DNA from: Thermodesulfobacteriota bacterium
Lineage (GTDB): Bacteria > Desulfobacterota > Desulfarculia > JACQYL01
Assembly (NCBI GenBank): GCA_963675595.2
Contig: CAXXLZ010000001.1
Coordinates: 1,504,001-1,568,000 of the forward strand
Length of the DNA: 64,000 bases
Reading direction: 5' to 3'
A program made the translations under genes and the position numbers. The notes beneath the pieces were generated by a model. The model worked only from the letters and a program-made list of their open reading frames with translations. It was not told where the DNA came from and searched no databases. Of this stretch, positions 19,209 through 32,709 are shown piece after piece. Position 1 is the first letter of the stretch; each line of letters opens with the position of its first letter.

Positions 19209-20771
19209 ATGAATCAGCATATTGCGGAACTCGAGCTTTCGGTTCTGTACCAAATCACTGAAATCATCGGACAGGCCCTGAACCTGAACCAGGCTTTGGA
19301 TGCCATCCTATCGATTCTCTCCCGTTCCCTGTCCATGAAACGGGCCACCATCATCTTAATGGACGAGCCCTCTCCGGAACTGCGCATACGGGCATCCTAC
19401 GGATTGAGCGACCAGGAAAGACTCCGCGGCGTTTACCGACCGGGCGAAGGGGTCACGGGGCGCATCTTTCAGACGGGGCGCCCTCTAGTGATTCCCGACG
19501 TGACCAAGGAGCCTTTGTTTCTTGATCGTACAGGGGCCCGCCGAATCGACCGGGAACCCGTTTCCTACATCGGTGTACCCATCTCCGTGATGGGAGATCC
19601 CATAGGCGTGCTGAGCGTAGACCGACTGTTCGGAGCCGAAGTCTCTTCGGATGAGGACATCCGTTTTCTTTCCATCGTAAGCGCTTTGGTGGCTCAATTC
19701 GTTCAGCTCAATCGAGAGGTGGAGGCCCGTGAAGAGAAACTCAGAGGGTTGATCGGGGGACTCAAAGCGGAACTTTCGGAAAAGTACAACGATTTTTTCA
19801 TGGTGGGTCGTAGCCCGGTCATGCTGGAAGTCCGGAAACTCATTGAGAAGGTGGCTCCCAGTCGAGCCGCGGTGCTGTTATTGGGCGAATCGGGAACCGG
19901 AAAAACGCTGGTGGCGCGTATCATCCACGAACTCAGCAGCCGGAGCGAAAGGCCCTACGTGAAGGTCAACTGCGCGGCGCTGCCTGAAAACCTCCTCGAA
20001 TCCGAGCTTTTCGGCCACGAGAAAGGCGCCTTTACCGGCGCGTCCAAATCCAAGCCCGGCCGCCTCGAAGAAGCCGACGGAGGATCGGTGTTTCTCGACG
20101 AAATCGGGGAACTGTCCCCTTCCCTTCAGGCCAAGCTGCTGCGCTTCCTTCAGGAAAAGGAGTTCGAACGATTGGGCAGTACCAGAACCCGAAAAGTGGA
20201 CGTGCGCGTTCTGGCCGCCACCAACCGAGACCTGACCGAAGCGATCCACTTGGGCCATTTCCGGGAAGACCTCTACTATCGTCTCAATGTATTCCCCATT
20301 CGCGTGCCGCCTCTCAGAGAACGCCTGGAGGACATCCCACACTTGGTCACCTACTTCACGTCCAAGTTGTCCAAGGAATACGCAAAAGACTTGGTTTTTT
20401 CCGACGATGCCGTGGGAACCCTTGAAGGCTACCATTGGCCGGGCAATGTGCGCGAACTGGAAAACCTGCTCGAGCGGTTGATCATCATCAAGGACGGAAC
20501 GCTTATTACACAACAAGATCTGACCGCACTCGTCCCCACGCCCAAGGATTCTCCGCCTCCCCTCGAGAGATTGGAATCCATGGCCGGATTGAAAGAGCTG
20601 GAACGTCGCCAAATGATCGCCGCGCTGGAGCGTAACGAATGGGTCCAATCCCGGGCGGCGCAGGAATTGGGCATGACGCTCCGACAAATGGGCTATCGCA
20701 TCAAGAAATATCGCCTGGAATCCATGGTGAGGGAAAGACGGGCCGGAACAGGGAAAGGACCGCCGATATGA
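19209..20771 (+). CDS. nifA: Nif-specific sigma54-dependent activator (GAF, AAA+, HTH)
   Basis: GAF domain (YRPGEGVTG), [39 protein letters not shown], and [24 protein letters not shown]. Directly upstream of nifH. Confidence 0.85.
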   Translation: MNQHIAELELSVLYQITEIIGQALNLNQALDAILSILSRSLSMKRATIILMDEPSPELRIRASYGLSDQERLRGVYRPGEGVTGRIFQTGRPLVIPDVTKEPLFLDRTGARRIDREPVSYIGVPISVMGDPIGVLSVDRLFGAEVSSDEDIRFLSIVSALVAQFVQLNREVEAREEKLRGLIGGLKAELSEKYNDFFMVGRSPVMLEVRKLIEKVAPSRAAVLLLGESGTGKTLVARIIHELSSRSERPYVKVNCAALPENLLESELFGHEKGAFTGASKSKPGRLEEADGGSVFLDEIGELSPSLQAKLLRFLQEKEFERLGSTRTRKVDVRVLAATNRDLTEAIHLGHFREDLYYRLNVFPIRVPPLRERLEDIPHLVTYFTSKLSKEYAKDLVFSDDAVGTLEGYHWPGNVRELENLLERLIIIKDGTLITQQDLTALVPTPKDSPPPLERLESMAGLKELERRQMIAALERNEWVQSRAAQELGMTLRQMGYRIKKYRLESMVRERRAGTGKGPPI

Positions 20772-21178
20772 AGAGCGTTTCAGTCGTTTTGATCGGTTTC
20801 TTCGCCGGAAGACAGGCATTTTTGCCTTTTACAAAAGTGAATACGGAATATTTTTTTCGAAAACAACCGATTTACTGATCTTAATAGATATTAAGGTGCG
20901 ATATTTCTCAATTCGGATTTATTGCCTGATTCATCTTAAGTATTGATATATTATATACTTATCTTATGGCTAAATAAGTAGTTTTTTTCACATGCCGATC
21001 TATCGCAAGGCTCTTGGTCACATCTAGCAAAGATCCCGTCCGGCCGAATCTTGAAAGATAAATCCATGTAGCTCTCGAGCATGGATCCACCACCCCATAA
21101 TCCATTCCATGAATCACATCCAATTAAACCGTCCGATATTTCCCCTTACCGTAATTTCGTAACACACTATCCACTTTT

Positions 21179-21242
21179 TGTTGCTATTTCTACAAGATAC
21201 AAATATGTAGACAATTCCAACAATCATTGTCGACATATTTGT
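21179..21242. promoter_or_regulatory. Candidate NifA upstream activator sequences
   Basis: TGT-N10-ACA at 21179-21194. Three ACA-N4/5-TGT palindromes at 21199-21208, 21220-21230 and 21233-21242. All lie in AT-rich intergenic DNA. Confidence 0.55.
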
Positions 21243-21321
21243 TTTCATTGTTGATTCCATACCGCGTATTTCCACAGTAATCCCCGCTTCCACATCGTCG
21301 AAAACTCCTATTTTAAACTAT

Positions 21322-24130
<2,809 letters not shown>

Positions 24131-24161
24131 TGCGACCACCGACGACAAGGAGAAATTACCC

Positions 24162-24488
24162 ATGGTTATGGTTCGCGCAATCGTCCGGCCCGAAAAATCG
24201 GCCGACATCATGCATTCGCTGATGGAAGCGGGGTATCCGGCCGTCACCAAGATTGAGGTAGCGGGACGCGGTAAACAACGGGGACTTAGAGTCGGAAACG
24301 TGGTGTACGACGTGCTCCCCAAGGAGATGTTGCTGGTCGTGGTGCCGGAAGCGGACAAGGAATTCGTCATTCGATCCATTATGGAAACCGCGCGTTCCGG
24401 GGAAACCGGCGCCTTCGGCGATGGCAAGATCTTCGTGAGCCCGGTCCTGGAGATGTACACCATCAGTTCCGGCAATCAGCAGACCTGA
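24162..24488 (+). CDS. nifI1: PII-family nitrogenase regulator NifI1
   Basis: GRGKQRGL...YDVLPKEML and GAFGDGKIFV. Lies between nifH and nifD. Confidence 0.92.
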   Translation: MVMVRAIVRPEKSADIMHSLMEAGYPAVTKIEVAGRGKQRGLRVGNVVYDVLPKEMLLVVVPEADKEFVIRSIMETARSGETGAFGDGKIFVSPVLEMYTISSGNQQT

Positions 24489-24540
24489 GCGAAACGAACC
24501 GAACGGCAAACAGCCTACGGGTCGGAGAAAAGGAAATCCC

Positions 24541-24948
24541 ATGAAAGAAGTGATGGCGGTCATCCGCATGAACAAAATCAATCAGACGAAAGACGTTCTG
24601 GTGAACGCGGGGTTCCCCGCCTTTACGGGCATGAAGGCAGTGGGTCGCGGCGTTCGGGCGGTGGATTTCGAGGTGCTTCAGGCCATCAGCGACGATCCCA
24701 AGCTCAACCCCGACGTTCTGTCTTCCATCTCCCAGGGACCCCGCCTCATTCCCAAACGAGTCATCAGTCTGGTGGTGCCCGATGAACTGGTTCCGGACGT
24801 GGTGGACATCATCACCAAGGAGAATCAAACGGGAACTCCCGGCGACGGCAAAATATTCGTGTTGCCCGTTGAAGAGGTCTACCGAATTCGCACGAAACAG
24901 TCGGGGAGCGAAGCCATCGATGAAATGACCGGACATCAGGAGACTTAA
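24541..24948 (+). CDS. nifI2: PII-family nitrogenase regulator NifI2
   Basis: MKEVMAVIRMNKINQTK, RLIPKR, NQTGTPGDGKIFVLPV. Confidence 0.92.
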   Translation: MKEVMAVIRMNKINQTKDVLVNAGFPAFTGMKAVGRGVRAVDFEVLQAISDDPKLNPDVLSSISQGPRLIPKRVISLVVPDELVPDVVDIITKENQTGTPGDGKIFVLPVEEVYRIRTKQSGSEAIDEMTGHQET

Positions 24949-24951
24949 TCC

Positions 24952-26583
24952 ATGCCAAGCAAACGTATGAAAAAAGCCCCCGCCATCGACATGCAGGAGT
25001 TCGTCGAGGACTTGGTGAACCGATACCCGGCCAAGGTCGCCAAGAAGAGGCGGAAACACTTCGTGGTTCGGGACCCGGCCGAAGGTCAACCCATTGATGC
25101 CAACGTTCGCACCATTCCCGGCATCATCACCCAGCGGGGATGCTGCTACGCCGGCTGCAAGGGCGTGGTCATCGGTCCCATCGGGGACGTGGTGCACATC
25201 ACTCACGGCCCCATCGGCTGCGGTTATTACAGCTGGGCCACGCGCCGCAACCTGTTCAAACCCAGGGAAGACGGCAAGAACTATCTACAATACTGCTTTT
25301 CCACCGACATGCAGGAAGAGGACATCATCTTCGGTGGTGAGAAAAGACTGAAAAAAGCGATCCAGGAAGCGGTCGCCATCTTCAAACCCAACGCCATTAC
25401 CGTCCATGCCACCTGTCCGGTCGGTCTCATCGGCGACGACGTGCAGTCGGTAGCCAGGGAAATGGAAAAGGAACTGGGCGTCCGGATTCTGGCGTTCAAC
25501 TGCGAAGGATACAAAGGTGTAAGCCAGTCCGCGGGTCACCATATCGCCAACAACAACCTGTTCAAACAGGCTGTGGGAACCCTGGAGGAAGTTCCGGACA
25601 CACCTTACAACGTGAATATTCTTGGAGAGTACAACATCGGAGGAGACGCCTGGGAGATCGAGCGCGTATTCGAACGATGCGGCGTCCGAATCCATTCCAC
25701 CTTCAGTGGTAATGCGGTCATCGACGATATTCGGCAAGCGCACACCGCCGGAGTCAACCTCATCATGTGCCACCGCTCCATCAACTACATGGCTGAAATG
25801 ATGGAAACGGCCTACGGCATTCCCTGGGTCAAAGTGAACTTCATCGGCGTGGAAGCCATGGCCAAATCCATGAGAAAGATCGCCCGGTTCTTCGACAACG
25901 AAGAGCTGACCAACAAAGTGGAAGCGGTCATCCAAGAGGAAACCGCCGAAGCGGAAGCCGCCCTCGCCCCTTACAGAGAACGGCTCCAGGGCAAGACCGT
26001 GGTGCTCTTCGTAGGAGGATCGCGTGCCCATCACTACCAGGCCTTATTCAAAGACCTCGGCATGGTCCCCATTATCGCCGGTTATGAGTTCGCTCACCGG
26101 GACGATTATGAAGGCCGCCACGTCCTCCCCACCATCAAGGTGGATGCGGACAGCCGAAACATCGAGGAGCTGGAGGTGGGCAGGCATCCCGAAAAGTACC
26201 GTCCGCGCTTGGACGAAGCCAAGTACGAAGCTCTCAAAGCGGAGGGCATCGTGGACAGCTATTCGGGCATGTGGGAGGACATGGGCGAAGGCACTCTCGT
26301 CATCGACGACGTGAGTCATCTGGAGCTCGAGATGCTCATCAAGAAGTTCAGGCCGGATATGGTGTGCTCGGGCATCAAGGATAAATACGTCATCGAGAAA
26401 TTCGGGGTCCCATCAAAACAGCTCCACAACTACGACTACAGCGGCCCTTACGCCGGATTCCGCGGCGCCGTAAATTTCGCGCGGGAGATCGATATGATGA
26501 TTCACAACCCCGCCTGGAAGCTGGCTCGCGCCCCTTGGGACCGGGAGCCCGTTCTCAAAGCCGAACTGAACCGGAACCAATAG
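24952..26583 (+). CDS. nifD: Nitrogenase MoFe protein alpha chain (group II type with insertion)
   Basis: RGCCYAGCKGVV, HGPIGC, SQSAGHHIA, MCHRSINY (FeMoco Cys), GGSRAHH, YEFAHRDDYEGR plus a roughly 50-aa insert, QLHNYDY (FeMoco His). Confidence 0.96.
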   Translation: MPSKRMKKAPAIDMQEFVEDLVNRYPAKVAKKRRKHFVVRDPAEGQPIDANVRTIPGIITQRGCCYAGCKGVVIGPIGDVVHITHGPIGCGYYSWATRRNLFKPREDGKNYLQYCFSTDMQEEDIIFGGEKRLKKAIQEAVAIFKPNAITVHATCPVGLIGDDVQSVAREMEKELGVRILAFNCEGYKGVSQSAGHHIANNNLFKQAVGTLEEVPDTPYNVNILGEYNIGGDAWEIERVFERCGVRIHSTFSGNAVIDDIRQAHTAGVNLIMCHRSINYMAEMMETAYGIPWVKVNFIGVEAMAKSMRKIARFFDNEELTNKVEAVIQEETAEAEAALAPYRERLQGKTVVLFVGGSRAHHYQALFKDLGMVPIIAGYEFAHRDDYEGRHVLPTIKVDADSRNIEELEVGRHPEKYRPRLDEAKYEALKAEGIVDSYSGMWEDMGEGTLVIDDVSHLELEMLIKKFRPDMVCSGIKDKYVIEKFGVPSKQLHNYDYSGPYAGFRGAVNFAREIDMMIHNPAWKLARAPWDREPVLKAELNRNQ

Positions 26584-26607
26584 TCCGGTCGGACTGGAGA
26601 ATTCACC

Positions 26608-27981
26608 ATGTTGAACCACACGCCGAAAGAGCTGACCGAACGCTCGGGTCTTCGGATCAATCCCGCCAAGACCTGCCAGCCCATCGGGGCCATGTACGCG
26701 GCTCTGGGCATTCACAAATGTCTGCCGCACAGTCACGGCAGTCAGGGCTGCTGTTCCTATCACCGCAGCCATCTGACACGCCACTACCGTGAACCCGTCA
26801 TGGCCTCCACCAGTTCGTTCACCGAAGGAGCGTCGGTATTCGGAGGAGCCCCCAATCTGACGCAATCTCTCAAAACCATTTTTCAGGTTTACGACCCGGA
26901 CATCGTGGCCGTGCATACCACGTGTTTGTCCGAAACCATCGGCGACGATATTCCTTCCATCATCAAGAAGGCAACGGACGAAGGAATCATCCCCGAAGGC
27001 AAACGCGTCATTCATGCCAACACGCCCAGTTACGTGGGTTCCCACGTCACCGGCTTCTCCAACATGGTTCGCGGAATGGCGAACTATTTCTCCGAAAAGA
27101 AAGACCCCTTCCCGGCGCTCCTCAACGTGATTCCCGGGTATGTGGAACCTTCGGACATGCGCATCATCAAACGCATGCTCGCCGAGATGGGCGCCCCCAG
27201 CATCGTGTTTCCGGACACCTCCGACGTACTGGATACCCCTCAGACGGGAACCTACCGCATGTTTCCCAAGGGAGGCGTTACGGCGGAATCCCTGGCTCGA
27301 ACGGCCGACGCCGGTCTGACCCTGGCTCTCGGGTCCTTCGCCTCGGAATCCGCCGCCCAGTTGTTGAAAGAAAAATGGGGTGTACCATTTGAAACCCTGG
27401 ACCTGCCCATCGGTGTACAGGCCACGGACCGCTTCATCCACTCGGTGATGGATCACACGGGCAAAGGAATCGCCGAATGCCTCAAAACGGACCGGGGGCG
27501 CCTCGTGGATATGATGTGCGACATGCAGCAATATCTCTACGGCACCACCGCGGCTCTTTTCGGCGATCCGGATCAGCTTATCGCCCTCACCGAGTTCCTG
27601 TTGAGCATGGGAATGCGGCCCAAATACATCATCACCGGGACCCCGGGGAAACGCTTCGAACTGGCCGTCAAAGGCTTGTTCAAAGACGCCTCGGCCCGTC
27701 CCGTCATCAAGAGCAACGCGGACCTGTTCTACCTGCACCAGCTGATCAAGAACGATCCCGTGGACCTGCTCATCGGAAATACCTACGGAAAATACATCGC
27801 TCGATGCGAAGACATCCCCCTGGTGCGTTTCGGATGGCCCGTTCTCGACCGCATCGGCCACACCTACTTCCCCACCGTGGGGTACCGAGGCGGCATGCAC
27901 CTGTTGACTCAGATCGTCAACACACTGCTCGATCGCAAAGACCGGGACAGCCCGGAAGAGCGTTTCGAACTCGTCATGTAA
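26608..27981 (+). CDS. nifK: Nitrogenase MoFe protein beta chain
   Basis: INPAKTCQPIGA, HGSQGCCSY, TTCLSETIGDD, TPSYVGSH. Confidence 0.96.
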   Translation: MLNHTPKELTERSGLRINPAKTCQPIGAMYAALGIHKCLPHSHGSQGCCSYHRSHLTRHYREPVMASTSSFTEGASVFGGAPNLTQSLKTIFQVYDPDIVAVHTTCLSETIGDDIPSIIKKATDEGIIPEGKRVIHANTPSYVGSHVTGFSNMVRGMANYFSEKKDPFPALLNVIPGYVEPSDMRIIKRMLAEMGAPSIVFPDTSDVLDTPQTGTYRMFPKGGVTAESLARTADAGLTLALGSFASESAAQLLKEKWGVPFETLDLPIGVQATDRFIHSVMDHTGKGIAECLKTDRGRLVDMMCDMQQYLYGTTAALFGDPDQLIALTEFLLSMGMRPKYIITGTPGKRFELAVKGLFKDASARPVIKSNADLFYLHQLIKNDPVDLLIGNTYGKYIARCEDIPLVRFGWPVLDRIGHTYFPTVGYRGGMHLLTQIVNTLLDRKDRDSPEERFELVM

Positions 27982-27993
27982 GGAGGCTGATCC

Positions 27994-28296
27994 GTGAAAA
28001 AACCCGAAGTCCATATTCTCGTCTGTGCCAGCTTTCGCGGCACGGAAGCCAAGGGCAAATGCATCAAAAAGGGCTCGTTGAGCTTGATTCAATATCTCGA
28101 AGAGGAATGCGCGGACCGATCCATCGACGCCGTGATCTCGAGCACCGGGTGCCTCAACCTCTGCGATAGGGGGCCCATCCTCGTGGTCTATCCCATGGGA
28201 CATTGGTACGGGGGGATCGAAGGAGAGGACGCCATCGACGAAATCCTGGACGCCATAGAAGAAGGCAAACCGGCCGAGCATCTGCTCCTGGCCTGA
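27994..28296 (+). CDS. Thioredoxin-like [2Fe-2S] ferredoxin
   Basis: HILVC...GKC...STGCLNLCDRGP.LVVYP...WY. Sits between nifK and nifE. Confidence 0.88.
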   Translation: MKKPEVHILVCASFRGTEAKGKCIKKGSLSLIQYLEEECADRSIDAVISSTGCLNLCDRGPILVVYPMGHWYGGIEGEDAIDEILDAIEEGKPAEHLLLA

Positions 28297-28311
28297 TTGG
28301 AGAGGCAACGC

Positions 28312-29688
28312 ATGGAAACCGCCTTGTTGGCCGAACGAGTCCGGCAGATTCACCGCAAAGGGACCGACCAATTCCGGATCGACTGCAACAAGGAGAGCGC
28401 CGCCGGAGCGGTGAGCCAACGCGCCTGCGTGTTCTGCGGGTCCCGGGTGGTGCTCTACCCCATTGCGGACGCGGTGCACCTGGTGCACGGCCCTGTGGGG
28501 TGCGCAGCCTACACCTGGGACATCCGGGGGGCACTGTCGTCCGGACCGGAGTTGCACCGCCTCAGCTTTTCCACGGACCTCACCGAGCACGACGTGGTGT
28601 TCGGGGGAGAGCCCAAACTGGAAGCCGCCCTGCGCGAACTCATCGACCGTCATCATCCCAAAGCGTCCTTCATTTATTCCACGTGCATCGTGGGCATCAT
28701 CGGCGACGACCTACGGGCCGTTGCCAGGCGCGTGGAACAAGAAAAGGGCATTCCCGTGATCCCCGTGATGTCCGAAGGATTCAAGGGCAACAAGCGGGAA
28801 GGCTATCACGCGGCGTGCAAGGCCATGCTCGAACTGGTGGGCACCGGAAGCACCGAAGGGATATCACCCCTGAGCGTGAATCTGTTGGGCGACTTCAACC
28901 TGGCGGGCGAAATCTGGATCATCCGGGAATATCTCCGTCGAATGGGCCTCGAAGTTGTGGCCAACATCACGGGAGACGGCCGCGTGGACGACATCCGCAG
29001 ATGTCACGGCGCAGGGCTGAACGTGGTCCAGTGTTCGGGCGCCACTTTGGACCTGGCCAAGATGATGCAGGAAAAATACGGCGTACCCTATATCCGTGCG
29101 TCCTACTTCGGCGTGGAAGACATGGCCGAATCCCTCTACGCCATGGCCCGCCGGTTCGAGGACCGGGACCCGGGCATCATGGACCGCACCAAAGAGCTGG
29201 TGCGTCAAGAGCTGGAAACCCTCCTACCCCGACTCGAACCGTTCAGGGAAGCCTTGAGCGGGAAAAAAGCGGCCATCTACGTCGGGGGAGCCTTCAAAGC
29301 CTTTTCCCTGGTCAAAGCCTTCCGCCTCCTGAACATGAAGGTGGTGCTCGTAGGCTCCCAGACGGGAACGGCCGAGGACTACCAGGAACTGTACGAAATC
29401 ACGGACAAGGGCACCATTATAGTGGACGATTCCAATCCCCTCGAACTCGCCGGCTTCCTTCAGGAACAGGACGTGGACGTGTTCGTGGGGGGAGTCAAGG
29501 AGCGCCCCATCGCCTACAAGCTGGGGGTGGGATTCTGCGACCATAATCACGAACGCAAGGAATGCCTCGAAGGATTCGTGGGCATGTACAACTTCGCCAA
29601 GGAAATCCATCAAACCGTTATGAGCCCCGTTTGGAGGTTCGTTCCCCGGAGACGGCACCATGAAATCGGAACCAAGGACCTACACTGA
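28312..29688 (+). CDS. nifE: FeMo-cofactor scaffold NifE
   Basis: AGAVSQRACVFCGSR, HGPVGC, STCIVG, VQCSG, DHNHER. RBS GGAGAGG before ATG 28312. Confidence 0.94.
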   Translation: METALLAERVRQIHRKGTDQFRIDCNKESAAGAVSQRACVFCGSRVVLYPIADAVHLVHGPVGCAAYTWDIRGALSSGPELHRLSFSTDLTEHDVVFGGEPKLEAALRELIDRHHPKASFIYSTCIVGIIGDDLRAVARRVEQEKGIPVIPVMSEGFKGNKREGYHAACKAMLELVGTGSTEGISPLSVNLLGDFNLAGEIWIIREYLRRMGLEVVANITGDGRVDDIRRCHGAGLNVVQCSGATLDLAKMMQEKYGVPYIRASYFGVEDMAESLYAMARRFEDRDPGIMDRTKELVRQELETLLPRLEPFREALSGKKAAIYVGGAFKAFSLVKAFRLLNMKVVLVGSQTGTAEDYQELYEITDKGTIIVDDSNPLELAGFLQEQDVDVFVGGVKERPIAYKLGVGFCDHNHERKECLEGFVGMYNFAKEIHQTVMSPVWRFVPRRRHHEIGTKDLH

Positions 29689-31060
29689 ACGTCCCGGCCG
29701 CACCGCGCCCAAAAGGCCCGGTTATGTGTCCACCACCAACGCCTGCAAATTGTGCAAGCCTCTGGGCGCGGCGTTGGCCTTCCGAGGCGTGGAAGGGGCC
29801 GTTCCCTTTCTCCACGGGTCCCAGGGCTGCGCCACCTATATGCGACGCTATCTCATCAGCCACTACCGCGAGCCGGTGGACATCGCTTCCTCGTCCCTGG
29901 GAGAGAAACACGCGGTATACGGAGGCGGTCCCAATCTCAAACAGGGCCTCAAAAACGTGATCCGAAAATACAAACCGCAGCTCATCGGAATCGCCACCAC
30001 CTGTCTCACGGAAACCATCGGGGACGACGTTCGGATGATTCTCAATGAATTCAGACGCGAGTCCCAAGACATGGACCTGCCCGCCCTGGTTTCGGTTTCC
30101 ACCCCGAGTTACGCGGGCACCCACATGGAAGGGTTTCACGCCGCGGTGAAGGCCCTGGTGGAGCAACTCGCCTCCCCCGCCGAACCTCACGACGGCGTCA
30201 ACCTGTTTCCCGGGTTCGTGTCTCCGGCGGATATCCGCTATGTGAAAGAGATTCTGCACGACTTCGACCTGCCGGGCGTGGTGCTGCCGGACATCTCCGA
30301 AACCCTGGACGGGCCAGCGCAGGCGGAATATTCCGAACTCCCCGCCGGTGGAACGCCTCTCGCCGGAATCCGGGCCATGGGAAGCGCCCGTGCGAGCATC
30401 GAATGGAGCCGAACCCTGGCGGACCGGCTTAGTCCGGGCCGTCATCTGGAAGAAAAATTCGGCGTCCCCCTGCACCGCCTGGGCATCCCTTTAGGCATCA
30501 GTGAGTCGGATCGATTCTTCGAAATCCTCGGCAATCTCTCCAACCGGCCCATGCCGTCCAAGCACGCCCTGGAGAGAGGCCGTCTGGTGGACGCTTACGT
30601 GGACGGACACAAGTACGTGTTCGGGAAACGAGCCGTGGTTTACGGCGAAGAAGACCTGGTGGTCGCCCTGACCGCCTTCCTCGTGGAAATCGGCGTGCGT
30701 CCCGTGCTGTGCGCTTCCGGCGGGAAAAGCGGCCTCTTGGGTCGGGTCATCGGGGAGTTAACCGGAAGCTTCCTGGACAAGCCGCCGGAGGTGCGTGAAG
30801 GCGCGGATTTCTACGACATCGCCGAAGAAGTCCAAGACCTGCACCCGGATCTTCTGGTGGGGCACAGCAAAGGCTTCCGCCTCTCCCAAAAACTCAACGT
30901 ACCCCTGATCCGGGTGGGTTTCCCCATCCACGACCGGTTCGGCGGTCAGCGCCTGCTGCACGTGGGATACCGGGGCACGCAGGCCCTGCTGGACCGCATC
31001 GTGAATGCCGTTCTGGAAAAGAAGCAGGCGGATTCGTCGGTGGGGTACGGGTACATGTAG
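29660..31060 (+). CDS. nifN: FeMo-cofactor scaffold NifN
   Basis: NACKLCKPLGA, HGSQGCATY, TTCLTETIGDD, GFPIHDRFGGQR. Confidence 0.94.
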   Translation: MKSEPRTYTERPGRTAPKRPGYVSTTNACKLCKPLGAALAFRGVEGAVPFLHGSQGCATYMRRYLISHYREPVDIASSSLGEKHAVYGGGPNLKQGLKNVIRKYKPQLIGIATTCLTETIGDDVRMILNEFRRESQDMDLPALVSVSTPSYAGTHMEGFHAAVKALVEQLASPAEPHDGVNLFPGFVSPADIRYVKEILHDFDLPGVVLPDISETLDGPAQAEYSELPAGGTPLAGIRAMGSARASIEWSRTLADRLSPGRHLEEKFGVPLHRLGIPLGISESDRFFEILGNLSNRPMPSKHALERGRLVDAYVDGHKYVFGKRAVVYGEEDLVVALTAFLVEIGVRPVLCASGGKSGLLGRVIGELTGSFLDKPPEVREGADFYDIAEEVQDLHPDLLVGHSKGFRLSQKLNVPLIRVGFPIHDRFGGQRLLHVGYRGTQALLDRIVNAVLEKKQADSSVGYGYM

Positions 31061-31151
31061 GTCCAATCCAGGCAAGAATGCTTGAAGGGTCGATGGATCC
31101 CGTCTTGGTCGGGCTCCGCATCCCCTGAATCGATACGAATGGAGAAACACC

Positions 31152-32420
31152 ATGCTTCCTTCTCGAGATCGAACGCGACACCCCTGCTTCAACGCCGGAG
31201 TGCCCTACGGCAGGATGCATCTCCCTGTGGCGCTTCAGTGCAACATCAAATGCAACTACTGCAACCGCAAGTCCGACTGCGTCAACGAAAGTCGGCCGGG
31301 GGTGACGAGCGCGGTCCTCACTCCGGATCAGGCGCTGCATTATACGGAACGCGTGCTCGAGCGGGAACCGCGCATCAGCGTGGCCGGTATTGCCGGCCCG
31401 GGCGATCCCATGGCCAAGCCGGAAGTCACTCTTGAAACCATGCGCCTCATACGACGACGTTTTCCGGAACTCCTGCTTTGTCTCTCCAGCAACGGACTGG
31501 GTCTTCCGCCGCATATGGACGAAATCGCGCGCATCGGCGTATCCCACGTTACGGTGACGTTGAACGCCGTGGACCCGGAAATCGGTGAAAAAATCTACGC
31601 GTGGGTCCGTGACGGAAAAGTGGTGTATCGAAGCCGTCCCGGAGCCGAAATCCTCCTCGCAAGACAGCTCGAAGCCATACGCGGACTCAGGGAACGAGGC
31701 ATTACCGTCAAAGTGAACACCATCGTTATACCCGGTGTGAACGACGCTCATGTAACGGAAGTGGCCAAAACCATCGCGGACCTGGGCGCGAACCTTCACA
31801 ACTGCATGCCCATGTATCCCGTGGCGGACACGCCCTTCGGACACCTGCACGAGCCGGACGCCGAAACCCTGCGAGCTCTCCGTCAAGAAGCCGGGCGGTA
31901 CGTGCCCCAGATGACGCACTGTAAACGATGCCGGGCCGACGCGGTGGGCCTGCTGGAAGAAGACCAATCCGATTCCTTCCGAGAATGCCGATCCTTGTGT
32001 TCGAAACTCGAACCCGCGCCCGCACGCAATCGTCCCTATGTGGCCGTGGCCACCCTCGAGGGCATGCTGATCAATCAGCATCTGGGGGAAGCGCGGCGGT
32101 TCCAGATTTGGGAAAAGACCGAAACGGGCTTCCGTTTGGTGGAGGAACGGCCCGCGCCTCAGCCCGGTTCCGGAGAGCAACGATGGCGCGAAATGGCCCT
32201 TACGCTCAAAGACTGTCGGGCGGTGCTCGTGAGTGCCCTGGGAGAAACGCCTCGCCGCTTTCTCCTGAAAGAAGGGATCATCCCCTTCGAAATGAGCGGC
32301 CTCATCGAACGGGCCCTGTCCGCAGTGTACGACGACCGGGCCCCGGAACAGCTCAAAGGCCGCAGGAAGAGCGTGGGTCACGGGGGCGGATGCAAAGGGG
32401 ACGGAGGCGGGTGCGGATGA
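31152..32420 (+). CDS. nifB: Radical SAM FeMo-cofactor biosynthesis protein NifB with C-terminal NifX-like domain
   Basis: HPCFN, CNIKCNYC, ESRPG, AGPGD, HCKRCRADAVG, NQHLGEA. Confidence 0.96.
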   Translation: MLPSRDRTRHPCFNAGVPYGRMHLPVALQCNIKCNYCNRKSDCVNESRPGVTSAVLTPDQALHYTERVLEREPRISVAGIAGPGDPMAKPEVTLETMRLIRRRFPELLLCLSSNGLGLPPHMDEIARIGVSHVTVTLNAVDPEIGEKIYAWVRDGKVVYRSRPGAEILLARQLEAIRGLRERGITVKVNTIVIPGVNDAHVTEVAKTIADLGANLHNCMPMYPVADTPFGHLHEPDAETLRALRQEAGRYVPQMTHCKRCRADAVGLLEEDQSDSFRECRSLCSKLEPAPARNRPYVAVATLEGMLINQHLGEARRFQIWEKTETGFRLVEERPAPQPGSGEQRWREMALTLKDCRAVLVSALGETPRRFLLKEGIIPFEMSGLIERALSAVYDDRAPEQLKGRRKSVGHGGGCKGDGGGCG

Positions 32421-32577
32421 TTTCTCGCCGTTGCGTCGGGCGGAGCACAGGCAACACTTTTACGTGGGATCAACACTCTGCGGCGCCCGGGTCTTGGAAT
32501 CAGAACCCGGTGGACGCCGGAAAAAGGAAACAAGGGCTTTCAGACGACGTCCGGGGCTTCTCTCGGACTTCCAAGAA

Positions 32578-32662
32578 GCCGCTCCGCCGCAGGCGGTGCG
32601 GTCCCACTCCGAAGTTTTGCGGGGGGTCCGGGGGGTGCTTTTCCCAAAGCACCCCCCGGTAT
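32578..32662 (+). repeat. Hairpin repeat, subfamily B (GCCGCTCCGCCGCAGGCGGTGCGG...AAGTTTTGCGGGGGGTCC-GGGGGGTGC-TTTTCCCAAA-GCACCCCCC-GGTAT)
   Basis: Similar copies at 39490-39575 and 46230-46315. Confidence 0.85.
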
Positions 32663-32709
32663 ACGGAACAGCCCCATGCTGAAATCCGGTTGCTACAGGC
32701 TCCCGGATT